From assembly GCA_964403885.1 (NCBI GenBank), contig CAYOHY010000001.1, positions 4,209 through 68,208 of the forward strand: 64,000 nt of DNA, given 5' to 3'. Below the pieces are notes generated by a model. It was not told the origin of the DNA and searched no databases. It worked only from the letters and a program-made list of their open reading frames with translations. This DNA comes from an uncultured Eubacteriales bacterium. Lineage in GTDB: Bacteria > Actinomycetota > Coriobacteriia > Anaerosomatales > PHET01. A program made the translations under genes and the position numbers. Of this stretch, positions 8,020-17,835 are shown piece by piece; positions within the stretch are counted from its first letter, which is position 1; each line of letters starts with the position of its first letter.

Positions 8020-9879
8020 ATGCGACCTGTACATATCACTGACACCACGCTCCGCGACGCTCATCAGTCGCTGTGGGCAACGCGCATGGAGATCGGCGAC
8101 ATGCTGCCGATCCTGCCCAAGATGGACTCCGTGGGCTACTGGTCCCTCGAGGTCTGGGGCGGGGCCACGTTCGACTCCTGCCTCCGGTTCCTTGATGAGA
8201 ACCCGTGGGAGCGCCTGCGCGTCATCAAGAAGCACTGCCCCAAGACGCCGCTCCAGATGTTGCTGCGTGGTCAGAACCTTGTGGGCTATCGCCACTACAG
8301 TGACGAGATCGTCAACCGGTTCTGTGCGGCGTCGAAGCGAAACGGCATCGATGTCTTCCGTGTGTTCGACGCGCTGAACGACATCCGCAACGTCGAGGCC
8401 CCCGCTCGTGCCATCAAGGAGGCCGGTGGCCACTTCGAAGGCGCCATCAGCTACACGGTGTCGCCGGTGCACACCCTCGACTCATTCCTCGACTACGCTC
8501 AGCAGCTCAAGGAGCTTGGCGCCGACACCATCTGCATCAAGGACATGGCGGGCATGCTCACGCCCTTCCGTACCGAGAAGATGGTGCGCGCGCTCAAAGA
8601 CGAGGTCGGGCTCCCGGTTCACGTCCACTGCCACTACATCGGTGGTATGGCCCCCATGAACTACCTCAAGGCAGCCGAGGCCGGTGCGGACATCATCGAC
8701 ACCGCCGTGGTCGCGCTCGCCTTCGGTAACAGCCAGCCCGCGGTCGAGATGATCGTCGCGGCGCTCAAGGAGAGCCCCTACGACTCGGGTATCGACCTCG
8801 ACCTCCTGTTCGAGATCGCCGAGTACTGGGAGGGCGTGCGCTCCAAGAAGGGCCTCAAGCGAGGCATCACCACACTGCTGTCGATGGAGGTGTTCAGCCA
8901 CCAGGTTCCGGGCGGCATGATGAGCAACCTCGTCAGCCAGCTCGAGCTCCAGAAGGCCGCCGATCGTCTGCCCGACGTGCTCGAGGAGATCCCCAGGGTC
9001 CGCGCCGAGGTCGGCTATCCGCCGCTCGTCACGCCGCTGTCGCAGATCGTCGGGACGCAGGCCGTGATCAACGTTTTGACGGGCAAGCGCTGGGCGATCG
9101 TGCCGCAGGAGATGAAGGACTATATCCGCGGCTACTACGGCAAGGCGCCCGGTCCCATGGACAAGGAGATCGTCGCGAAGGTGTTGGGCGGTGAGACGCC
9201 GCTGGCAGCCGACGTGCGCCCGGGCTCTCTCGTCACCACCACCTACGCTGAAGTCGAGGCTGAGATCGGTGATCTGGCCCGCAGTGAAGAGGACGTGCTG
9301 ATGTACGCCCTCTTCCCCAACGAGGCCCGCACCTACCTCACCGCTCATCGCGAAGGCGCCGAGAAGGCCGTCTTCCTCATGAGCGAAGAGGTCCACACTG
9401 TCAGGGAGGAAGATTCCGTGGATGTCAATCAGATTCGTGAACTCATCAAGGCCCTCGAGGCCTCCGATGTCGCCGAGGTAGTCATCGAGGAGGGCGACAA
9501 CAGGGTCGTCGTCCGCAAGGCCGGAGCCGTGACGGCCGCAGCCGCCCCTGCCCCCGCAGCCGCCCCCGCGCCGGCTGCTGCCCCCGTGGCTGCCGCCCCG
9601 GTCGAGGCAGCTCCGGTCGAGGGTGCTCGCCCTGCGGCATGGAAGACCGTCGTCGCTCCCATGGTGGGCACCTTCTACGAGTCGCCGTCGCCGGGCGCTG
9701 CCGCGTTCGTCGCCGTGGGTGACTCGGTGAGCGAGGGCCAGCCGCTGTGCATCGTCGAGGCGATGAAGCTCATGAACGAGATCACCGCCGAGGAGGCGGG
9801 CGTCATCCGCGAGATCGGCGTGAAGAACGGTGACGCGGTCGAGTATGGAACGGTCCTGTTCTACTACGAGCCGGCCTAG
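8020..9879 (+). CDS. pycB: Carboxyltransferase (5S / oxaloacetate-decarboxylase-alpha type) fused to C-terminal biotinyl (BCCP) domain; putative pyruvate carboxylase subunit B
   Basis: HITDTTLRDAHQS… TIM-barrel carboxyltransferase domain, Ala/Pro-rich linker, then biotinyl domain with the EAMKLMNEI (AMKM-type) biotinylation motif. ATG start after an AAGGGGA RBS. Confidence 0.8.
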   Translation: MRPVHITDTTLRDAHQSLWATRMEIGDMLPILPKMDSVGYWSLEVWGGATFDSCLRFLDENPWERLRVIKKHCPKTPLQMLLRGQNLVGYRHYSDEIVNRFCAASKRNGIDVFRVFDALNDIRNVEAPARAIKEAGGHFEGAISYTVSPVHTLDSFLDYAQQLKELGADTICIKDMAGMLTPFRTEKMVRALKDEVGLPVHVHCHYIGGMAPMNYLKAAEAGADIIDTAVVALAFGNSQPAVEMIVAALKESPYDSGIDLDLLFEIAEYWEGVRSKKGLKRGITTLLSMEVFSHQVPGGMMSNLVSQLELQKAADRLPDVLEEIPRVRAEVGYPPLVTPLSQIVGTQAVINVLTGKRWAIVPQEMKDYIRGYYGKAPGPMDKEIVAKVLGGETPLAADVRPGSLVTTTYAEVEAEIGDLARSEEDVLMYALFPNEARTYLTAHREGAEKAVFLMSEEVHTVREEDSVDVNQIRELIKALEASDVAEVVIEEGDNRVVVRKAGAVTAAAAPAPAAAPAPAAAPVAAAPVEAAPVEGARPAAWKTVVAPMVGTFYESPSPGAAAFVAVGDSVSEGQPLCIVEAMKLMNEITAEEAGVIREIGVKNGDAVEYGTVLFYYEPA

Positions 9880-9891
9880 GCGGGAGGCGCA

Positions 9892-11241
9892 GTGTTCGAT
9901 CGCATCCTGATCGCCAATCGCGGCGAGGTCGCACTCCGTGTCATCCGTGCGGCCCGCGAAATGGGCATCGAGACCGTCGCCGTGTACTCGGAGATGGATC
10001 GCGACTCCCTGCCGGCTCGCATGGCCGACCACGCCGTGTGCGTGGGGCCCGCGATGTCGTCGCTGTCATACCTCAACATGCCCAACATCATCTCGGCCGC
10101 CCTCACCACGGGCGCTCAGGCGATCCATCCGGGCTACGGATTCCTCGCAGAGAACTCCGCGTTCGCGCGCGCGTGTGCCGATTCCGGCCTGACCTTCATC
10201 GGTCCCGCGCCCGAGGCGATCGACCGCATGGGTGACAAGTCCGTCGCCCGCGCGACCGCCATGGGTGCCGGCGTGCCGTGCGTGCCGGGTTCCGATGGAG
10301 CTGTTGAGACCTACGAAGAGGCGCTGGGCTTCGCCGAGCAGGTGGGCTTCCCGGTCCTCATCAAGGCGTCGGCCGGTGGCGGCGGCAAGGGCATGCGCGT
10401 CGCACGCGACGCCGAGGAGCTCAAGTCGAATCTGGTCGCCGCCAAGACCGAGGCCGCCGCAGCGTTTGGCAACGACACCGTCTACCTTGAGAAGTACCTC
10501 GCTCGACCGCGCCACGTCGAGATCCAGGTCCTCGCGGACACGCACGGCAACGCCGTGTACCTCCACGAGCGTGACTGTTCGATCCAGCGCCGTCACCAGA
10601 AGCTCGTCGAAGAGGCGCCGAGTCCGGCGCTTAGCCCCGAGCTTCGTGCTGAGATGGGTGCTGCGGCGATCAAGCTGGTCCGTGAGGTCGGCTACGTCAA
10701 CGCCGGCACGGTCGAGTTCCTGCTCGACACTGACGGACGCTTCTACTTCATGGAGATGAACACCCGCGTTCAGGTCGAGCATCCGGTCACGGAGCAGATC
10801 ACCGGCGTGGACATCATCAAGGAGCAGATCCGCATCGCTGCGGGTCTTCCCATGAAGCACGCGAACCAGGCCGATATAGCCCTGCGCGGTCACGCGATCG
10901 AGTTCCGCATCAACGCCGAGGATCCGGCCCACAACTTCCGTCCGCACCCCGGCCTCATCGAGGTGTTCAATCCTCCCGGTGGCTTTGGCGTACGGGTTGA
11001 TTCGCACGTCTACTCGGGCTATCGTGTGCCGCCCACCTACGACTCGTTGCTTGCCAAGCTGGTCGTGTGGGGCGAGACCCGCGAAGAGGCCATCGCTCGT
11101 GGCCAGCGCGCTCTCGACGAGTTCATCGTGGCCGGCATCCCGACCACGATCCCGTTCCACCTGAGGGTGCTCGACATCCCCGCCTTCCGCCGCGGCGAGG
11201 TCTATACTGACTTCGTCGAGACGGAGATGAGCGACCTGTAA
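9892..11241 (+). CDS. accC: Biotin carboxylase
   Basis: MFDRILIANRGEVALRVIRAAREMGI… and an ATP-grasp domain. 449 aa. Confidence 0.95.
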   Translation: MFDRILIANRGEVALRVIRAAREMGIETVAVYSEMDRDSLPARMADHAVCVGPAMSSLSYLNMPNIISAALTTGAQAIHPGYGFLAENSAFARACADSGLTFIGPAPEAIDRMGDKSVARATAMGAGVPCVPGSDGAVETYEEALGFAEQVGFPVLIKASAGGGGKGMRVARDAEELKSNLVAAKTEAAAAFGNDTVYLEKYLARPRHVEIQVLADTHGNAVYLHERDCSIQRRHQKLVEEAPSPALSPELRAEMGAAAIKLVREVGYVNAGTVEFLLDTDGRFYFMEMNTRVQVEHPVTEQITGVDIIKEQIRIAAGLPMKHANQADIALRGHAIEFRINAEDPAHNFRPHPGLIEVFNPPGGFGVRVDSHVYSGYRVPPTYDSLLAKLVVWGETREEAIARGQRALDEFIVAGIPTTIPFHLRVLDIPAFRRGEVYTDFVETEMSDL

Positions 11242-11266
11242 GGTACGCCTCCACAGGAGAGAAGAT

Positions 11267-11617
11267 ATGTCGGATGAGATTCGCCTCGAGGGACTGGGTG
11301 TTGCACCCGGGGTCCTCGATACCATCGTGACCATTGCCGCTGAAGGCGTCGAAGGCGTGTCCAGCGTGGGCTCGTCTGGCATCGCCGGACTGGTGCAGAA
11401 GGGTGCCCGCAAGGGGACCGGACGTGCCGTCGATGTCTCCGTAGCCGAGGACGGCGCGGTCAGCGCGACCGTGCACGTCCAGGTGGTCTACGGCTCCAAG
11501 CTGCGCGAGGTCGCTGCTGCCGTGCAGACCGCGGTGGTCGACGCGCTCGCGAGCCAGGTCGGCGTCGAAGTGGCCGGTGTGGACGTGTTCGTCGACGGCC
11601 TCGTGTTCGCCGAGTAG
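11267..11617 (+). CDS. Asp23/Gls24 family envelope stress protein
   Basis: 116 aa Gly/Val-rich sequence typical of the Asp23 family (YqhY-like). Position between accC and nusB matches Firmicutes. Confidence 0.7.
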   Translation: MSDEIRLEGLGVAPGVLDTIVTIAAEGVEGVSSVGSSGIAGLVQKGARKGTGRAVDVSVAEDGAVSATVHVQVVYGSKLREVAAAVQTAVVDALASQVGVEVAGVDVFVDGLVFAE

Positions 11618-11619
11618 CC

Positions 11620-12036
11620 ATGCCGAGATCAGATCGTCACAAGTCGCGCCTGCTGGCGCTTCAGATGCTGTACCAGCGCGAGGTCACCGGTCTGAGCGTG
11701 GACCGCATCCTTGCCGACGGTAGCTACTCGACCGAAGACGGCGAGCCGGATGACTTCTGCCGCGAGCTTGCCCTTGGCACTGAGTCGCACATCACGGAGA
11801 TCGACGAGACCATCGGCGCCATCTCCGAGCACTGGTCCGTCATCCGCATGCCGCTCGTGGATCGCAACATCCTTCGTATCGCCGTCTTCGAGCTGCTGTA
11901 CTCGGCGGACACGCCGGCGAGCGTCGCGATCAACGAGGCCGTCGAGCTCGCCAAGGTCTACGGTGGCGAGGATTCATCGAAGTTCGTGAACGGGGTTCTC
12001 GGCAAGGTCGCCGAGCAACACCGCGGTGAGGAGTGA
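11620..12036 (+). CDS. nusB: Transcription antitermination factor NusB
   Basis: 138 aa. KSRLLALQMLYQREV and a helical NusB fold sequence. Confidence 0.9.
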   Translation: MPRSDRHKSRLLALQMLYQREVTGLSVDRILADGSYSTEDGEPDDFCRELALGTESHITEIDETIGAISEHWSVIRMPLVDRNILRIAVFELLYSADTPASVAINEAVELAKVYGGEDSSKFVNGVLGKVAEQHRGEE

Positions 12037-12042
12037 GTCCGT

Positions 12043-12402
12043 ATGCCGGAGGAGTCCTATAGCTTCGCGAGCACTCGTGCGCGCCTCGAAGACATCGTCT
12101 CCCAGGTCCGCAAGAAGGAGACCTCGCTCGAGAAGAGTCTTGACTTGCTCGAAGAGGGCGTCCGCCTCGCGAACCAGTGCACCGAGCTGATCGATCACGC
12201 CGACTGGGATGCTGCGGGTGCCCCGCCTGCGTCCGAGTCCGACGATACCGAGGCCGGCCAGGACGCGATCGATGATGGCGCGGATGCGCAGGATGCACCC
12301 ACTGGCTCGGTCGCGCAGGATGCAGCGGCCGATGCGCCTGCGGGGGATGCGGAGACCGAGGCGGAGTCCACGGACGAGAACGTCGCCGCAGACGGCGAGT
12401 GA
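12043..12402 (+). CDS. xseB: Exodeoxyribonuclease VII small subunit with acidic C-terminal extension
   Basis: SFASTRARLEDIVSQVRKKETSLEKSLDLLEEGVRLANQCTELID matches the XseB core. Followed by a ~55-aa D/E/A-rich tail. Confidence 0.8.
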   Translation: MPEESYSFASTRARLEDIVSQVRKKETSLEKSLDLLEEGVRLANQCTELIDHADWDAAGAPPASESDDTEAGQDAIDDGADAQDAPTGSVAQDAAADAPAGDAETEAESTDENVAADGE

Positions 12403-12504
12403 CTTTCAACACGCCGGTGACGGCGTGCCGATTCGCTGACGATGCGCCGGGCGGGCATACTATGCTCATGAGTGGAACCGCCCACAGCGCATAGACCGAC
12501 GGAG

Positions 12505-14475
12505 ATGACCGCGAGCGTGGATCCCGAGCGTATCCTCGACAGAATCGACGCCCCGTGCGACGTGAAGGCCCTCGACGCCGAGCAGCTCGAGACCCTCGCT
12601 GCTGAGATCAGGTCAGAGCTCATCGAGACCGTCTCGGCCACCGGCGGCCACCTCGCTCCCAATCTGGGCGTCGTGGAGCTCACCTTGGGTATCCATCGGG
12701 CGCTCGAGTGCCCCGGCGACCGCATCATCTTCGACGTGGGTCACCAGAGCTACGTTCACAAGCTGCTCACCGGCCGCAGGGAGCGCTTCGGCACTTTGCG
12801 ACAGTACGGCGGGGTGTGCGGCTTCCCCAAGCGTAGCGAGTCGCCCTACGACAGCTTCGACGCGGGGCACGCTTCAGACTCGCTGTCGGTGGGACTCGGC
12901 ATGGCTCTCGCGCGCGACGCGCGTGGCGGCGACGAGACCGTGTTGGTCGTCATCGGCGACGGATCGATGACGGGCGGCATGGCGTTCGAGGCGCTCAACC
13001 ACATCGGTCACCTGGGCACGCGCATCGTGATCGTGCTCAACGACAACGAGATGTCGATCTCAGAGAACGTGGGCGCGCTGGCGAGCTACCTCGCCCGCGT
13101 CCGTCTCGATCCGCGCTACCAGCGCCTGCGCGACGGTGTGGAGTCGCGACTGGCCACCACGTCGCTTGGCAAGGGAATGGTCGACGCCGGCGAGGCGGTC
13201 AAGGAGTCGTTCAAGCAGCTGCTCCTCAAGCCCGGCATGCTCTTCGAGGAGCTGGGTCTCAAGTACGTGGGCCCCATCGACGGACACGATGTCGAGCAGG
13301 TGGAGACCGCCGTGGCGCGTGCCCGGACAGTCGACGGCCCTGTGATCATCCACGCCGTGACGCGCAAGGGCGCGGGCTACGAGCATGCGGAGCGCAAGCC
13401 GGATGCATTCCACGGTATCGGTCCGTTCTCGGTGGAGACCGGCAAGGCAAACGGCTCCGGCGGCGCGATCAGCTACACCGAGGCGTTCTCCCGCGCACTG
13501 ATCGCCGAGGCCGAGGTCGATGAGCGCATCGTGGCCATCACCGCCGCGATGCCGTCAGGCACGGGGCTCGACAAGTTCGCCGAGAAGTTCCCTCACCGCC
13601 TCTACGACGTGGGTATCGCCGAGGAGCACGCGGTGGGACTTGCCGCCGGCATGGCGCTGGGCGGCCGCGTGCCCGTGGTTGCCGTCTACTCGACGTTCAT
13701 GCAGCGCGCCTACGACCAGTTGATCATGGACGTCGCGTTGCAGAACCTGCACGTGGTGTTCTGTCTCGACCGCGCCGGACTGGTGGGGGAGGACGGGCCC
13801 ACGCACCACGGTGTGTTCGACCTGACCTATCTGCGCTCCATTCCCAACATGAGTGTGCTCGCGCCGGCCGATGAGAACGAGCTCGCCGATGCCTTGCACA
13901 CAGCGCTTGCGGCTGACGGTCCCGTCGCGATCCGCTATCCGCGAGGCTCGGGCCGGGGTTTGCAGCCGCGTGAACGCGAGATCTGGGAACCCGGCAAGGC
14001 CGAGGTGCGTTCCGAGGGCTCCGACGTCGCCTTGATGGCGGTCGGTCGGATGGTCGCGGTCGCGGAGGGCGCTGCTGCGCTGCTCGCCGAACAAGGCATA
14101 GCGGCCAGTGTTGTGAACGCGCGATGGGTCAAGCCGCTCGATCTCGAGGCGGTGTCGGCCGCGGCTCGGACGCATCGGCTCATCGTGACGGTGGAGGAGA
14201 ACACGGGTATCGGCGGCTACGGCAGCGCTGTGTGTGAGGCGCTCACCGACCTTGGAATCGAGATGCCGGTGCTGCGTCTCGCGGTCCCGGACTGCTTCGT
14301 CACTCACGGCGCCATGGCGCGTCTTCTTTCGGATGTGGGGCTGACGCCCGAAGCGGTGGCTGGTGCCGTCGCCGGTCGGTTGCGTGATCTTCCCCCCGTC
14401 TCACGTCACCCCGAAGTCACTGCGACGGACGCGAGGACCGATGACCAAGCGCCGCATCGACGCAACGCTCGTTGA
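12505..14475 (+). CDS. dxs: 1-deoxy-D-xylulose-5-phosphate synthase
   Basis: TPP-binding GDG(X)n N motif and transketolase-like domains. Start placed at the internal ATG (MTASVDPERILD…); the GTG at 12472 is an alternative. Confidence 0.9.
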   Translation: MTASVDPERILDRIDAPCDVKALDAEQLETLAAEIRSELIETVSATGGHLAPNLGVVELTLGIHRALECPGDRIIFDVGHQSYVHKLLTGRRERFGTLRQYGGVCGFPKRSESPYDSFDAGHASDSLSVGLGMALARDARGGDETVLVVIGDGSMTGGMAFEALNHIGHLGTRIVIVLNDNEMSISENVGALASYLARVRLDPRYQRLRDGVESRLATTSLGKGMVDAGEAVKESFKQLLLKPGMLFEELGLKYVGPIDGHDVEQVETAVARARTVDGPVIIHAVTRKGAGYEHAERKPDAFHGIGPFSVETGKANGSGGAISYTEAFSRALIAEAEVDERIVAITAAMPSGTGLDKFAEKFPHRLYDVGIAEEHAVGLAAGMALGGRVPVVAVYSTFMQRAYDQLIMDVALQNLHVVFCLDRAGLVGEDGPTHHGVFDLTYLRSIPNMSVLAPADENELADALHTALAADGPVAIRYPRGSGRGLQPREREIWEPGKAEVRSEGSDVALMAVGRMVAVAEGAAALLAEQGIAASVVNARWVKPLDLEAVSAAARTHRLIVTVEENTGIGGYGSAVCEALTDLGIEMPVLRLAVPDCFVTHGAMARLLSDVGLTPEAVAGAVAGRLRDLPPVSRHPEVTATDARTDDQAPHRRNAR

Positions 14476-15235
14476 TAGAGGCCTGTTCCCTTCTCGGGAG
14501 CAGGCGCGCGCCGCCGTGCTGGCAGGCGAGGTCAGGGTCAGGGGCGAGGTGGTCCGCAAGGCCGGTGAGATGGTGGCCGAGGACGCCGTGATCGAGGTCG
14601 CCGAGCGCCGCCGCTTCGTGTCTCGTGGCGGCGACAAGCTCGCCGGGGCGCTCGAAGTGTTCGAGGTGCCGATTGCCGGGCGCAGGGTGGTCGACGTCGG
14701 TGCGAGCACCGGAGGGTTCACCGACTGCGTGCTCCAGTCGGGCGCTGCAAGCGTGGTGGCCGTTGACGTGGGCTATGGTCAGCTCGCATGGAGCCTGCGC
14801 ACCGATGAGCGCGTCACGGTCTACGAGCGGACCAACATCCGCACGGCGATCCCGGAGGAGTTGGGCGCCCCGTTCGATCTGGTGGTGACCGACGTCTCGT
14901 TCATATCGCTCAAGACCGTGCTTCCGCACCTGGTCGCGCTCATGGGGGAAGGCTCGGATCTCGTCGCGCTGGTAAAGCCCCAGTTCGAAGTTGGTAAGGG
15001 GCGCGTGGGAAAACGGGGTGTGGTCAAGGATGCGGGCGCGCACGTCGACGCCCTGCAGTCCGCGGTCGATGCGGCGGCGGAGATGGGACTCACCGTGAGA
15101 GGACTGAGCTTTTCGCCCATCAAGGGTCCCGAGGGCAACATCGAGTTCTGGATATGGGCCGCTCGGGGCGGAGAGCCCACGTCGGCGACCGCGCTCAGCG
15201 TGGTCGAGGCCGCCCATCAGGCACTGGGAGGATAG
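14441..15235 (+). CDS. tlyA: TlyA family rRNA (cytidine-2'-O)-methyltransferase
   Basis: S4 RNA-binding N-terminus (RIDATLVDRGLFPSREQARAAV) plus an FtsJ-like methyltransferase domain. Overlaps the dxs 3' end. Confidence 0.85.
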   Translation: MTKRRIDATLVDRGLFPSREQARAAVLAGEVRVRGEVVRKAGEMVAEDAVIEVAERRRFVSRGGDKLAGALEVFEVPIAGRRVVDVGASTGGFTDCVLQSGAASVVAVDVGYGQLAWSLRTDERVTVYERTNIRTAIPEELGAPFDLVVTDVSFISLKTVLPHLVALMGEGSDLVALVKPQFEVGKGRVGKRGVVKDAGAHVDALQSAVDAAAEMGLTVRGLSFSPIKGPEGNIEFWIWAARGGEPTSATALSVVEAAHQALGG

Positions 15236-15237
15236 GC

Positions 15238-16086
15238 ATGCGCGTACTCATCGTGCCCAACACGGCGAACGCCGAGGCGGTAGCTGCCGCTTCGGAGCTG
15301 GTCGCGTGGTGCTCGGCGCGTGGGCTTGAGCCCGTGCTGGAGGCATCCGACGCCGCGGAGAGCGGACTGGGCGCATGCGCGGTCACCGCTGCGGACCTGG
15401 GTGAGCCGTCGCTCGTGGTGGCTCTGGGTGGCGACGGAACCATCCTCAAGGCGGTCCATCTGCTGGGACCGGTCGAGGCGCCGGTGCTGGGCGTCAAGTA
15501 CGGGCGGCTCGGCTTCTTGAGCGGTGCGCGTGCCGAGACCATGCGCGACGCGGTCGAGGCGGCGCTTGCCGGCGATGCCACGATCGAGCGCCGGACCACC
15601 TTGTCCGCCGAGGTTGTGATGGACGGCCGCGTGGTGGGTAGCTACCGCGCGCTCAACGAGGTGGTGCTGTCGCGCGGGGCGTCAGGCCGGGTGGTGGGCT
15701 TCGAGCTTGGTATCGACGGACACTCGGTGTCGCGGATGCGCGCAGACGGGCTCGTGGTCGCGACCGCGACCGGATCGACGGCGTACGCGCTGTCGGCGGG
15801 CGGCCCCATCGTGTCGCCTCAGTTCGGCGGGATGGTGGTCGTTCCGGTGGCGGCCCACACGTTGCAGGCCCGCGCGATCGTGACAGGACCATCGGACACC
15901 GTCGAGATCACGCTGCCTGAGCCCACACGCGCGGATGCCTGCCTCATCGTCGACGGTGACGTGCGACCGTGCCGGCGCGCCATCGAGCGCGTCACCGTCA
16001 CGCGCAGCCCACACGACGTGTCGCTCGTGAAGCTGGGTGGGCGCGACTTCTACGAGACCGTGGCGTCGGAGTTCTTCGGGGGCTAG
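15238..16086 (+). CDS. nadK: NAD kinase
   Basis: GGDGTIL motif and NEVVLSRG motif. GGGAGGA RBS. Start 2 nt after the tlyA stop. Confidence 0.9.
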   Translation: MRVLIVPNTANAEAVAAASELVAWCSARGLEPVLEASDAAESGLGACAVTAADLGEPSLVVALGGDGTILKAVHLLGPVEAPVLGVKYGRLGFLSGARAETMRDAVEAALAGDATIERRTTLSAEVVMDGRVVGSYRALNEVVLSRGASGRVVGFELGIDGHSVSRMRADGLVVATATGSTAYALSAGGPIVSPQFGGMVVVPVAAHTLQARAIVTGPSDTVEITLPEPTRADACLIVDGDVRPCRRAIERVTVTRSPHDVSLVKLGGRDFYETVASEFFGG

Positions 16087-16088
16087 GG

Positions 16089-17726
16089 ATGCTCGAGGAG
16101 ATCCACGTACGCGACCTCGCGCTCATCGAGGAGTCATGGCTCGAGTTCGGTCCCGGGATGACCGTGCTGACGGGCGAGACCGGCGCCGGCAAGACGGCGC
16201 TGTTGGGCGCGCTCAAGTTGCTGCTCGGCGAGAGGGCCGACTCGGCGTCGGTGCGTGCCGGGGCGGCCGAGGCGCTCGTGGAGGGCCGATTCCGGTCTGA
16301 GGGTACCGAGATGGTCGTGAAGAGGCGCGTGTCAGCTGATGGCCGCAGCCGATGCGTGCTCGATGGCGAGATGGCAACCGTCGGCACGCTTGCCCAGCGA
16401 GTCGGCCCCCTGGTCGACCTTCACGGTCAACACGAGCACCAGGCGCTGCTCAGCCCCGCCTCTCACGTGCAGTACCTGGATGCATGGGCGGGGGTGCGCG
16501 TGAGCGCGCTGAGCGCTGACTATCGTGACGCGCTCGCCTCCTTCCGAGACGCCCGTGAGCGTCTTGCGGAGTATCGCGCTCAGCTCGACCAGGCGGCCCA
16601 CGACGCTGACTACCTGCGATTCGTCGCAGATGAGATCGCCAAGGTGGATCCGCAAGAGGGTGAGGACGCGGCCCTCGAGGCACGGCTTCCCGCGCTTGTG
16701 CACGCCGAGAGGCTGAGCGCCGCGGCGTCGGAGGCTGCCCGTCTCCTGCGTGGCGAAGGTGGGGCATCCGACCATGTGGCACAGGCCCAAGCGGCGCTGT
16801 CGCGCGTGACCGGGATCGACCCGGGCCTGGACGCGATCGGTGACAGGCTCGCCGAGGTCTATGCGCTCGTGGACGACGTAGGCGCCGCAGCGCGAGCGTA
16901 TCGTGACTCCGTTGAGCACGACCCTGCCGCGATGGACGCTGTCCAGAGCCGGCTCTCGGAGCTCACAGGGCTGATGCGCAAGCATGGCCCCACCCTCGAT
17001 GCCGTGCTCGCCCGACGAGATGAGATCGCGCAGTCACTCGGTGCGCTGGAGACCGGTGAAGACGAGCTGAACAGTCGCACGGCGGCGCTTGCCGAAAGCG
17101 AGACACGACTTCGGGACGCGGCTCGAGAACTTGACGCCGCACGCGTCGCAGCCGCACCCGGGTTCGTCGGGGCCTTGCAGGGCGCCACCGCCGACCTCGC
17201 CATGGAGGGTGCGCGGTTCGAGGTCAGCTTCGTCGAGCTCGACTTCGACGCATGGAACTCAGCTGGTCCGTCGCGAGTCGAGTTCCTCTATGCGCCCGCC
17301 GCGGCACAGCCTGCCAGGCCGCTCGCCCGCATCGCGTCGGGTGGCGAGCTCTCGCGAGTGATGCTGGCGCTCAAGGGTACGCTGGGAGCGGCCGACGACG
17401 TGGAGACTCTGGTGTTCGACGAGATCGACGCCGGCATCGGAGGTGCGACCGCATCGTCGGTGGGACGGCGCCTGGCCGAGCTCGCTCGCACACATCAAGT
17501 GATCGTGGTGACCCACCTCGCCCAGGTCGCTGTGTTCGCCGATGCACACTTGGTCGTGAGAAAGACCGTGGTAGGTGACCAAGCTTCGACGGACGTCTCT
17601 GTCGTCAGCGGTGATGAGCGCCTGGCTGAGGTCGCCCGCATGTTGTCGGGCAGCGACTCAGAGGCGAGCCGCGCTCATGCGCGGGAGCTGGTTTCCGCCG
17701 CACGTGATGCGGTAACAGCACTCTGA
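16089..17726 (+). CDS. recN: DNA repair protein RecN
   Basis: Walker A motif GETGAGKT at the N-terminus, long coiled coil, C-terminal SMC-like ABC signature. 545 aa. Confidence 0.9.
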   Translation: MLEEIHVRDLALIEESWLEFGPGMTVLTGETGAGKTALLGALKLLLGERADSASVRAGAAEALVEGRFRSEGTEMVVKRRVSADGRSRCVLDGEMATVGTLAQRVGPLVDLHGQHEHQALLSPASHVQYLDAWAGVRVSALSADYRDALASFRDARERLAEYRAQLDQAAHDADYLRFVADEIAKVDPQEGEDAALEARLPALVHAERLSAAASEAARLLRGEGGASDHVAQAQAALSRVTGIDPGLDAIGDRLAEVYALVDDVGAAARAYRDSVEHDPAAMDAVQSRLSELTGLMRKHGPTLDAVLARRDEIAQSLGALETGEDELNSRTAALAESETRLRDAARELDAARVAAAPGFVGALQGATADLAMEGARFEVSFVELDFDAWNSAGPSRVEFLYAPAAAQPARPLARIASGGELSRVMLALKGTLGAADDVETLVFDEIDAGIGGATASSVGRRLAELARTHQVIVVTHLAQVAVFADAHLVVRKTVVGDQASTDVSVVSGDERLAEVARMLSGSDSEASRAHARELVSAARDAVTAL

Positions 17727-17835
17727 CGGTCCCTTGCCACGGCGGGTCGGGCGGGCGGGGCGTCGTGGTAGGATACGCCGCAGGCGTGAGCCGGGTATCG
17801 CCCGATCGAGCACGCACATCCGACCCGGGAGCAGT

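Noticed and set aside
9530-9625. Repetitive GCC/CCC-rich stretch that superficially resembles a repeat array.
   Set aside because: It is in frame within pycB and encodes an Ala/Pro linker. It has no spacer/repeat periodicity characteristic of CRISPR.
12472-12504. dxs start at GTG 12472 (MEPPTAHRPTE…).
   Set aside because: It has no SD. The N-terminal length matches canonical DXS better from ATG 12505. This carries low confidence and the alternative is retained in the evidence.
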